Assembly (NCBI RefSeq): GCF_025526975.1
Contig: NW_026515679.1
Span: forward strand, 434,001 to 498,000
Length of the DNA: 64,000 nucleotides
From: Fimicolochytrium jonesii
Taxonomy: Eukaryota
Direction: 5' to 3'
Part shown: positions 23,737 through 34,645 of the stretch, piece after piece
Numbering within the stretch: position 1 is the stretch's first letter
Layout of the letters: each line of letters begins with the position of its first letter
Translations under genes and position numbers: made by a program
The notes under the pieces: model-generated
Databases searched by the model: none
What the model saw: the letters and a program-made list of their open reading frames with translations, nothing else
What the model was told of the DNA's origin: nothing

Positions 23737-25235
23737 ATGGCGTCGCTCACACCCTTCGGAAACGCGACAGCGGGTGCCTTGGGTGCTCTATCCGCAAACT
23801 TGGCCGTCTTTCCGCTCGACGTGTAAGTGTAGACACCGCAGCCTCCTTTCTAAACTTTGGAGGGCACTGCGTCAAAGGAGTTTCATCGGTGGACATGAAT
23901 AAACCGGTGCAGGGATAAGGGTTGGGAGAGTGCTTGTCGGCGAACCGGGGGAGAGACGAACCCGAGGAGAACTGTCGAGTCTTTAGGAGGATGGCGTCGT
24001 GGTTAATCCAGCGACCAGTCATGTTCTGTCACGCCCGTGCTGTCGGATGTTATTACCGCCTTTGCTGGAGAGCCTCGTGAGGGCGAAACTCAGGAAGAAA
24101 GACTCTGATTTCTGCTTTCTCTCCTACTTTAAGGATCAAAACTCGTCTACAGGTTCAGACCAAGGAACTGAAAAGCTTGAACCCGGATCAGCACTATAAT
24201 TCTGCCATTGATGCCTTCATGAAGATTCTCAACACAGAAGGACCAGCCGGCCTCTACGCTGGGCTTGGTGCCGGCTTGTTCGGAACAGTAGCGAGTGCAT
24301 TTTCCTACTTCTATTTCTACTCTTATGTTCGAGGGGCATACCAGAAGAGAGTGTCTCCAGACATCTCGACAGGCATGGAGCTGATATTGGGAGCCGTTGC
24401 TGGCGCCTTGAGCCAGGTCACTACTTTGCCAGTATCGGTGGTCACAACAAGGTAGGCGTTGGATCGTCTTAAGTTTCGAGCACATATCGCTACCTTATAC
24501 TGACGCCGATGTTCAGACAGCAGACGGCAACAAAGGAGGAAAAGCTCACCTTCATTGGCACGATGCAAAGGATCATTCGTGAAGAGGGACCGGGTGGATT
24601 GTGGAGGGGTCTGCAGGCGTCTCTCGTCCTCTGTGTGAACCCAGCAATTACGTACGGGTCGTTTGAGAAGATGAAGAATAGTTATCTGGAAAGGTCAGGG
24701 AACCCGAATGGACGCTTGACGGCGGGTCAAACATTCATTATCGGCGCGTTGTCCAAGGCTCTTGCGACCATTGTCACTTGTAAGTTTGAGATGCTGTTGT
24801 TGGCCTAATCTGTGGATTCCACGGCTTGAACGTCAATGGTAACGACTCCGTCCATTTTTGTAGACCCATACATTATGGCCAAGGTGAAGATGCAATGGAA
24901 GCCACCAAAGCATGTGCAGAACCTCAGTGAGAAGGAGCGAGAGGCTGTCACCTACAAGAGCTCAATCGACATCTTGCAGAAGGTTCTTGTTCGGGAAGGG
25001 CTTGCTGGGTGGTACAACGTGAGTGCCCGAGAACCCGAAGTCGGCTTATCTCTGGTACATCGGCTAACGCTCGCTTTGCAACTCCCAGGGGCTTCAACCC
25101 CAAATCATTAAGGCCGTCCTGTGCCAAGCGATCCTATTCGTATCCAAAGACCAGTTCACCATCTGGACTATTCTCTTGTTCCGCTTCTTGACAAAGGCGA
25201 AGGGTCTAGGTCCGAAACTCGATGCCACCGCATAG
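23737..25235 (+). CDS. ANT1: Mitochondrial carrier family protein, peroxisomal adenine nucleotide transporter (Ant1/PMP34-like)
   Basis: Spliced: MASLTPFGNATAGALGALSANLAVFPLDV|IKTRLQVQ, EGPAGLYAG, FSYFYFYS, TLPVSVVTTR|QQT, LVLCVNPAITY and YPYIMAKV. These are three carrier repeats with peroxisomal-subfamily signatures. Confidence 0.85.
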
Positions 25236-25393
25236 ACTTTGATCCAACACGTCTATGTACACATTTCGTTTGTAGCATGTAGAGCGTTGCCACACCCGCG
25301 GTGTAGAAGCAGAATCCCTTTGCACCATCACAGTCCCCTATCTATGTAGATTGCGAGAAATAGACCACTTCTGCATATTCACTTCCCACCTCC

Positions 25394-26083
25394 TCATGGC
25401 AGAAAATCTGCTGCCAGCACAAGCGGCGCACCCTCGTCAGTGTCAGTCTGACTTCCAATCTCCCCGCCGTAAATCACCACCTTGTGCACCGACACGAACG
25501 GGCCGTGGCCTTTTGTGAATATGAAACGGATGTGCCGTGCTGCTACTTGGCTTTTGGGTAATGCGGGGGTTATCATTTGGAAGGATTGGTCTGTGTCTTC
25601 TACGTCTGGTTGCATGTTCATCGTTAGTCAGGCTTTGAGGATGTCCATTGCGAGTCGCAAACAGACCATACCTTGATCAGTTAACCTCTCAAACCCCGCC
25701 GGTTTCTCCGCTGTCGAAACTTCCGTCGTCACATGTGCCACTGGAAACCACCGAAAATATCAACAACCCCATCACCAATCCTCCCATGCTCCACTTGATC
25801 CATACCTTTAGTACACGTAACAGCAACCCTCTTCAGATTAACAGTCTTAGGCAACGAGACAATCAATTCCTGCGGATACAGTCCCGTCGTCACCCAGAAT
25901 GTTTTGCTATTCCTGCAGATGTATAATCACGCGTTAGATGTCTCTTCGATGTGTGTTTTGCGATGAACGATATGAGACATACCCGTCAATGACATTCTGA
26001 GCGGGATATTGCGGGTGATATGAGGTTGCGAGCGAGACTTTGGCTCCGCTTGAGGCGGTTGCGAGGTTTTCTTGGGCTGGCAT
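25394..26083 (-). CDS. IFT25: Intraflagellar transport protein 25 (HSPB11)
   Basis: Spliced: MPAQENLATASSGAKVSLATSYHPQYPAQNVIDG|NSKTFWVTTGLYPQELIV...HIRFIFTKGHGPFVSVHKV, matching the IFT25 galactose-binding-like fold signature. Confidence 0.88.
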
Positions 26084-26450
26084 TGTTGCCGTGTGTGTGT
26101 GCGAATGGACGGATGCGATGCTGGGAAGGTTCTCGGACACAGCGGCAGGTGACGCGTCAGTTTCGCGTTGTTTAAGGCCAATGTCGTCTGAAGCCACAGA
26201 CGGCCGGTCGAATAACCCAAGTCGATTGAAGCTTCTCCGGCAAACGTCTATAGCTGAATCTGGAAGTAAGCGAGGGTGGGGATCTCGACCTTCACTGAGG
26301 GGGTCACCCCCCAAGGCAGGGGTACTCGTATGCACAAGGTCTACTAGTTTTTTTGCTCACTCTTCCACCTCATATGTATATATACGTATTATTTGGGGGG
26401 ACTACGCTACGACGACGGAAGCTTCGGGTGCATGTTCGCTAGGTTCTACC

Positions 26451-29400
26451 CTAAGCACCCCTGAATACCTTGATAAGCTCGGCCACCATGCCCGAGGTGT
26501 CGCTCCCCATAAACCCCGAATCGGCACCCGTGAACGAAACGCCTGACATCGGTGTTATCGGGGTCGTCGGATTGCAGCTCGGGTTGCCTGGCGCGGCCAT
26601 AGCTAGTGCATCGTAAAGACGACGGAAGTTCTCGAGCATCTCAATCACGGCTCCGAAGGATTGCTGATGATGTGTCATTGATGATTTTGCTAAAGCCCAG
26701 CTTTTCGAATCGTGCTGGATGAGAAGGCCAAGGACCATGGTTGCTTGTCCGGTCACCATTGCGCTGTTTGCCTCCTAGGAAACGAGAACAATGAGTATGA
26801 CGCATCGCAGGCCAGAGCTTGATGAACGTTTTACCTCGCTATCTTTTGCAAGTCGCTCATTGATAAAATCGGCGATGCACTTCACAGCTACTTGCCGTGA
26901 TGCACAAGTGCACCGCTGCATACAAGGAAGCCGGCTTGGACATGTGAGGGAGAATTCTAGAGGGTTGCCATGTCAGTGGGTAGTCAGGATTACAAAGGTA
27001 TCGTCGCGGGATGAAGCCCTCCACTGATCCTTACCATAGCTCCTTAGGTGCTTCTGAAGCTGTGGACGCTTGTGCGCAACGTTGGCAAGCAACGCGATGC
27101 CCAGCATCATAATGGCAAAGCTGTCCGTTTTCTCCTCAGGGGTTTCTTTCCCACGAGTATCATGTTCAGCATTCCACTCTGGAATGGCCGAGCCAACCGG
27201 GGAATTCTCCAACGTTGGAAGTAAATCGTTCGGCAGAAACCCGCATTTGAAGATCGATCCTAGCCATGGACCGCGGGCTATGCTTTCGGCGCATGTTGTG
27301 CTTGCATGCGTGAGGTTTATGAGCAATGCGAGCATGGCGTGGAGAAGTATTGACGCTGAGGAGGGACGGGTTAAGGCTTCGGACATCGTTATGATATACG
27401 ACGGATAGTTTCGCATACCTTCCTGGACATGAGTTTCATCCGCACGGGCATACACTACGAGAAACGTAGAGGGTCAGATCCCAATGCCAAGAACGCAGAG
27501 AATAGTACACATACCTGTCAACCAGGCCAGGGAAGCCATCAATTCGTTCAGGAATCCAGCCGTTTCGAGCAGCGCGACCGCATCATCACCGCATCTCATG
27601 GTTGCAAACTGCAGGATTCTCAAAGATGCCACCGTCAGACTTGATTCAGAGTACCAAAGTTTTTCGAAACTCGAGATGATGCTTTCGTCTGAGCCTTCCT
27701 CTGCGACGCTGTTTGCAACGCGCAAGAAGGTCGCCATCCTTTGGCTTATCAGCAGCCCGACGCCGTTCTCCCACAATTGGTATTGCAACCGGGGCACATT
27801 CAGCGGCTTTGCCGCAATTATAGCGGAAATCGCTCGGATAGAAAGGCTTTCCAAGCTCTCAACCTCGATGTTGGGTATAAAGGGTGCACATCGTAATGTT
27901 TTCTTGAGATCGGCGATAAATCTTCTCTCGTATTTGCTTGCTCCTCCGATCAAAGGATCGGGGTTCAACCTCAATGCTTTTGCAAAGTGTTGGATCAGTG
28001 CTGGATCTTGACTGAGGTCGTCTACATTGCGGCGATTTTGCACGAGTGCGCAGAGAATAAAAGTCACCATGGTGATGAGAATAGGATCTTCGATCGCCCG
28101 CACGAAGTCCATGAACCGCGCAAAGAATCCATGCGCCTTGACGTTCTGCACGAACTTTTCCGACAGTACTTTTGTGCACAACCTGAGGCAGCTACTCCGT
28201 TTGACTCCAGCAGGCTCTTCCGGGCCAAACCCACCCATGATGTACTCCATCTCATCGGCGAACCTCTTGGCTTCTCCAGCCTCACGGAGTTCGTGGATGC
28301 CTTTGACTTCTCTCCGATCTTCTTCGTCGTCGCTGCTTTCCAATCCCTCGTCTTTCCGTCGCTGAGCATCGGAGACGAACTTTGGCGCAAACAAGTCTTC
28401 TTCGGATTCGATATAGCTCCGCGTTCGGGCGTACGTCATTCCGGTCATGGCGCGTTTAACGTACGTTTCATCCCCTACGCTGGTTTCGATGCTCAGAGAC
28501 GAGTACAGGACCCGCTTCTCCGTCACTGACGAGATCGGCTGATTACTAAGATCGTCCGGATGGAGAACCAGTTCAGGAACACTGCTTTCCAATAAGTTAA
28601 CTGGCCCGTTGAGGGTGTTGAGAATGTGTGATTGTGACAGGAATGCCGAAGGGTCGGTGTCCATATCCACAGAAGTTCTTCTCGTCGGCGTACCAGGAGG
28701 CTTGCCTGAGGTCTTCATCCGAGCAACGCGACGCGTCGCTCTCGGTGAATCTCCCCGCAGGGGCCCGTTGCTTGCGTCGCCGCTGAAGGACAGCGCGCGC
28801 ATAGCCGTGGGGCCGCTGATGTCTGGTAGCAGCGCGGAAATGTCATCCAGAATGGAGAATGGCGGTGCCGACACCGACTTCTTCAGTGGAGAAGGAGATG
28901 TTGCATGACATCGATTACTCGAAACGTCAGATTTGGCATGCGGCAACGAAGGGGCACCTATTGTGCGCAACAATCCACTTCCGCGCCGTAAATGTTCATT
29001 ATTTGCTGGTGATGGGGCGGAATATGAGAAGGGGCCGCTGTCTTCCCCAATGGTCGATAGCGGGTTGGAGACACCTCCGAGGAGAAGACCGCCATCCTCC
29101 ACACCTGCCTCAGTCGGGGAATCCGTACCAAAATGCGCCTTCGATATATTGGGGAATGATCTCGGATCCGGCGTTGGTTTGTGAAGTTGTCTCCTTTTCG
29201 ACGGAGTTGCCTCTTCCGTGTATTGCTCGTCGACACCTCTTCCATTGTTCCTAGATTGGGTGGCCGAACTTTTTGATCTTTTCGTGCTGGGAGACTCCAC
29301 AGGCGTGCCATAAACGGATGCCAATGATGATTGAGACCCTTTTGATAATGTGTGAGGAGTTGACTCGGAAGGAGGATCCGAATGAGTTTTCGTTTCAGGG

Positions 29401-29891
29401 GTTGAAGCACTCTTCGCTTTCCTGGGCGACCTTCGCACCGGCGGTGAGGGAGGAGACCGGGGACTATTCGATCTGCTAGGTATGGCCTCCTTCTTGGAGG
29501 CTGCAGTGCTCGGTAGTATCTTTCGTCGTTTCTCGCTCCTAACTCGCTCCTCCCACTCAAAGGTGATAGTTTCGTCCTCGGACACCAGTTCGTCAAGCTT
29601 TTCCTTTGACGGTTGCCCGACACCTATTGGCAGCAATCGAGATCTCTTCCTCTTGGGTGGTGAATCCTGCTCTTCCAAAGTGAACGCAAAAGGGTCGCTT
29701 ACGGGCGAACCCTTACGGCTCGGACCCAGGGAACGACTCGCAGGACTTTTTGAGGACATTCCTACACTTTCTCCGTCAGTCGGAAATAGGCTAGTCGGCC
29801 ACGCTTGGTTTGACAACCCCGACGAGGCTCGCTTGACAGAACGCCGACTATAAGTTACGACCTTCTTGCGGAAACTCCCCTGGGAACTCAT
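26451..29891 (-). CDS. WAPL: Wings apart-like cohesin release factor (Wapl/Rad61)
   Basis: Long disordered N-terminus followed by TYARTRSY, VKGIHELREAGEAKRFADEMEYI and VKRSSCLRLCTK. C-terminal helical exons include LLINLTH, MLGIALLANV and VLGLLI. Confidence 0.85.
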
Positions 29892-30235
29892 CGTCGCGTC
29901 AGGAAACCCCCAGGGTTTTCGGAGAAGCGTCAAGCCAGGCACATCCACCGGGCCGCACAACCAGATACTCTTGAAACGGAGGAATGGTTTTCTGACCCAC
30001 CGTTGCCTGGCTTGTCGCTGTGCGCATATGAGGTCAGCTCTGGGAAAATTCAGGGTTTGGGGCCTGCGCAATGGTCCAATATTTCCAAAGACTTTTGCAA
30101 GTTTTAAGGACGCGAGGTCTCTCGTTTGTCACAACCCATGTTCCTCTCGTTTCCTCTCAGGTTTCCCCTCCTCTTGCACGGGCGTACAAAGACACAGCTG
30201 CCGAGTCAATCCCAACGTTGCTCCCAGTCGGTACC

Positions 30236-31376
30236 ATGATGGCTTCGTCGCCAGCCTACAACAGCTTCTCGTCCGACTCTCCGAGCAACTACGACCTTGC
30301 GCGGACGCAACCCAGGCCCTCAGCTCCTACGCCACCGCCAGCGTGGGGTGAGCAGCAGGGCGGTCGCTTCATCACGCCCTACTATTACTCCAAAGCGGAT
30401 TTGGACAGCCACGCTTTTCGGAATGGCTTGTCCAAAGAGGAAGAAGCCGAGGCTGTCGCTAGAACGACGACAGTCCTAGATCGAGTCGCGAGAAGGCTAA
30501 AACTGTAAGTGGGCGGAAACCGAGACCCGAGGTTTTGAGCCCAGAGCTTGAAGACTGAGTCGTCAAAAAATCAACAGACCAGGAAGAACATATGCGACAA
30601 CTATGCTGCTGCTTCACCGGTTCTACGCTGTTTGGCCTCGACGGAGTCCTTACTATACGGAAGAGGAGATAAACGTGGCGATAGTGGACCTCGCTTGTAA
30701 ACTCCAGGAAACCCCAGTGCGCCTGCCGCCAATATCCATACAGGTCCTGTCAGAGAGCAGAGGGGTCAGAGTAACGGATGACATGGCAAAGTCGACTATG
30801 GATCAGAAGTTAGCCCCGCATCAGCAAAAGATACTTGAAGGAATTCAGTTTGATACCAAGATTATCCTCCCATTCCACCATCTGGCGGTGTTCATCAAGC
30901 AATTGGACGACGTAGTTTTCTCCGCGATGGAAGCATTCGATGGCACACCTCAGGAGCATCTTCACCGTCTCTGCAGTGGGCTCGTATTGGACATGTACCG
31001 GGGTACTTTATGCATTCGATACCCGTCACACATCCTTGCTATGGGCGCACTGTTCCTTTCTGTTCGACTTGGGCTCGTTCGGCTACATCCAAAGATTGAG
31101 GGGGACTTCCTGGAAGATTGTGGATGTCCCAGCGATCTGGTGGAAGGTATGAAACCCTTGGTGATTGGGCCGAGGTGTCGAGGCGCATACTGACTCGTTC
31201 TCATAGAACTTGCCATCGCCGTACTTGAAGCATACAATACTGGATCACCTGATCGCCTGTCTGCGACAATGCTCACTGCGGTTCAAGGTAATCTGGAGAG
31301 TCTTCGATCTGCCAGGCACGCTATAGCAACGGCCCCGATCGCAAATGGTCATCGAGAAGCAGCTGTCAGCCGATAG
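30236..31376 (+). CDS. Transcriptional cyclin (cyclin K/T, Ctk2-like)
   Basis: Spliced: VARRLKL|PGRTYATTMLLLHRFY, LACKLQET, ILEGIQFD..PFHHL and LCIRYPSHILAMGALFL, giving a tandem cyclin box. An upstream in-frame ATG at 30071 is also possible. Confidence 0.8.
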
Positions 31377-32335
31377 ATTCCTCAAATTGAGCTGCAGTAG
31401 GCGTCGGTGATCTGCCGCCGATTTCCCGTCTTGATTGGCAAGCTCTGTGCACTCGTACACCAAAATACGTGCAAATCACCCCGCGATCGCTAGGCTCCTC
31501 CCCGGTTCACGACGAAACCGATGCCAAGATGCGCCACCCAGCCTGGTTTAACGGAGGCACGTCCTCTCGAAGGCTGGTACAAAGAGACGCTTCGATCGGC
31601 AAGCTAGTCTTCACGTCGCTGCATTCACCGCTTTCAGCTTCATCACGAACACCTCGTCAGTTGGAATATCTCCAAATCCGCTATGTCAACGCAACATCTG
31701 GTGATAGGGAGTTCCCCAGTTTCAACGAACCTAGTCTCTTCCGTGAAGGCTTTGAGGAAACTCGCTGACCACATACTCAATTGTTGTCTCGCGCGCATAC
31801 CTAGGCAGTAACTGAAAGGGCGTCACGTCATATGCAATATATTGATCCTGATGGCTTGCACTTGTAGATACAGTACATAGCCCAATATATAATTCCGGCC
31901 CATCAGTGCACAAGAGTATGGGAGGGGCGGAAGCGGGTTGGTTTCGCTGTGTGCATAGATATGTGAGTGTGGAGCCCTCGGTACGCGGCCAACGGCTACT
32001 ACAACCGTCCGAGGTGGACACCATGACCGTTCCCAGGCACCTAATGCTTGAGGCTAACTTGGGGGACCCGACCTGCAAATATTTCCAACGGCAGAAAGTG
32101 ATCGCCATTCAACCCAGATATCCAACACACCCCAGATAAATAGTTGCCAGATGGATAGCCTGGATAAAACAGATACGAGGGGAACGTACTTACCGCTCCT
32201 CCAACGGTACTGTAGTTAGTCCCGCGGGTCGGTCAGGGTGAAGTCAACAAAGGCAAGATCAAAGGTGGGCTCGAATGTGAAAGGTGTACTCCAAGTGAAG
32301 TCCACTGAGCGACGCAGAATCCCTCCACCCGACCA

Positions 32336-33769
32336 GTGAAAATATCTCCCCCGAGACGCCAGCTTCAAGAGTCCGGCAGAGTGTCAGACCCTGTCTTGGG
32401 GGTCCCCTTCCCAGCCGACGGAGGTGGGCAGCTCCAGCTCATATGGAAAAACCCTCGCGTTGACTGGAACACAGTCTTTGTGCAGCCCGATGGACAGATA
32501 CGCCGTTTTGCTGGCAATGATCCTGGACAGAAGACTCAAGCTACGGCTGTATGGAGTGACATTGCACAAGAGGCAGCGGTGGCAGCTTTCGAAGACCGAG
32601 ATCTGCCAGCGAGAAATCAAGCAATTGTTGAGGTATCGGGACGCCAGTTATCGGGTCAAAAGCAAGGCCACCTGGTTCCAACAGAAGATGCGGCCCGTCA
32701 TTCGTTCGACCAAACGGATTGATGAACAGATTCGGCGGTTGCGCGGAAGTGAAAAAACCTTACACGGCACGGGGCTTCGTGAAGCCCTGAACTACTACAA
32801 TGTCGCCTACAAAGGATTGAAACGAAGGTAAATACATGCGTGGACATCTGCATTGCATCGTTTTTTGTGACTTGGAGTCTCACCCATTCTTTCTCATACA
32901 TCGTAGGCGCTGGGGGATGCGGAAAACATTCCAAGGTGTTGCCTTTGCAAGATGGCGGCTGTTCAGATTCGTCCACTCACAACGAGCCCTCATGGACGCT
33001 GCCCTGTACTCAATGGGCCGGATTACGCACCAACGCTGGGCTTCAACACGAGCACTCGGCCACACTCACGGTATCAAGCGGGGCGACGGAGAGTGGACGC
33101 GTTCGCTGAGACGGAAGGGAAGATTGCGCGGCCTGCTCCAGTACCAGTTCAATCGAAAGACGGGCGCAAAGCGAAACTTGCACCCTGAAGACCAACGAGC
33201 AATCTCTCTCGCGCGTCAACCTGTGTTTGCCTTTGGCTCTGGCGATTTCAGCAGGAAGCCAGGCTGGCGACGACCACATCCTGCTGTCCCTGTCAAGGCT
33301 CTCGCATACACTTCGCCGTTGCCGGTGCACCACCCTTATCATGAGCGAGCGGGGCAGCTCCATCAACTGTCATCCGGCAATCCAAGGGTATGAGGTCTGG
33401 CCTCACAAACCAAGTCCTGCTTTCCCTGACGACTACATGCACAAACTCAAGCACATTGAAATGCAGTGGTTCAAGTGCAGTCACCAGAAGCGCTGGTACC
33501 GACGACACCATGAACCGGGAACACATGCGCTGCGCCACTACTGTACCTCGAAGATGAAGACCAATGGGTGCCACGAACGACGCCTCTACAGCTGCACTAC
33601 CTGCCCCATCTATCGAGCTCCGACAGCACCCATCATCCTTGGGCGAGACATTCAAGCCGGTGCAAATTTTCGCTTTCTGATCTATCAGTACTCTCGCTAT
33701 CCAGGCCATAGACCTGTTTGGAACCGCGCACCAACTGTCCCATCACCGTTTCCTCCGGGTCTATGGTAG
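32336..33769 (+). mobile_element. Fanzor (TnpB-like RuvC, OMEGA RNA-guided nuclease) gene, intron-containing, frameshifted; N-terminal part degenerate
   Basis: RuvC-I FAGNDPGQKT (D at 32519-32521). Bridge/REC region ARWRLFRFVHSQRAL and PVFAFGSGDF..PAVPVK. RuvC-II LIMSERGSSINC (E at 33347-33349). Zn finger CTTC. RuvC-III ILGRDIQAGANF (D at 33647-33649), then a C-terminal RPVW. A GT-AG intron at 32828-32906 restores frame exactly. Two +1 shifts occur near 32639 and 33300. Confidence 0.85.
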
Positions 33770-33796
33770 TTTAGATCTATCTAGAAGGAGTAGTTG

Positions 33797-33825
33797 CCCC
33801 CCCCCCCCCCCCCTCCAAAAAAAAA
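33797..33825 (+). repeat. Poly-C (17 nt) followed by poly-A (9 nt) tract downstream of Fanzor
   Basis: Homopolymers read directly. Confidence 0.85.
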
Positions 33826-34645
33826 GCGATGGCACGTTAAAACACGTGCATATTATATACGCGGCTCACCTCCGAGTGGGCTGTGATGCATGCAGAGCTC
33901 ATCCCACCCAGCATCCCACAACGCGTAAGGACTGCTCGACCAATTCGACAGCGCTTTGTATAATCCTGGATTTGAAGTCCGTTTGATCGGACAGAGGACT
34001 TCGTCCAGTTCATTCGCGCACAATCAAGCCACATTCTGGTTCAACTCCCGATCAAAAAGTGCAGGGGATATCCCCCGTCAACCCTTAGAATCCAAGTCAT
34101 CCGACAATATCATATTATGAGCTGAACTCAAATGGAAGTTGGCATGAGTTCCGATCTTCAAACAATGTGAATCGGTGCCGTTCTGCTCCGATAACGTTCT
34201 CGATTTAATTTCCTGCGATGAATCCCACCAGTGTCACAACATCGGCGGAGGCGGGGGAGCCCACCGCCGAATATAGGCAAACTGGCTGATTGATGTTGAG
34301 GACTGTGAGGTCGTGTTTGAACTGATGACGGCGACGCGTTGGAAACTGGGGTGTCTTTTCTGGAAAACCGCCGCCTTATGCATACATTTGAGCACACACA
34401 CCAGAGAGGAAGCCAACGCAGATACTAGACGTGCATGGACATCGTATATTGAATGGCACAGCAGCATTCGGAATATCTGGCCGCCGCTCGGTATCTTGTA
34501 TGAAAAACTTCGTTTGGCGAACGCCGTCGTTCAGAGCACGACCACCGTCCTTTTCGCCATTCCCACTGAAATTCGAAACATCTCTTGAGGACTCCAGGGC
34601 CTGCGAGCGGCTCTCGCGCGTGGTCTCAGGAGCTTGGAGCATCCG

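Noticed and set aside
26084..26450. RFX X-box motif upstream of IFT25 (and of the CXorf58-like gene)
   Set aside because: Only half-sites such as GTTGCC were seen, with no full palindromic X-box.
29892..30071. N-terminal extension of the WAPL ORF to 30071
   Set aside because: It begins at a non-ATG codon and overlaps the divergent promoter. The first ATG is at 29891.
31376..34600. Terminal inverted repeats/TSD bounding the Fanzor locus
   Set aside because: No convincing pair found by eye, so element boundaries are not claimed.
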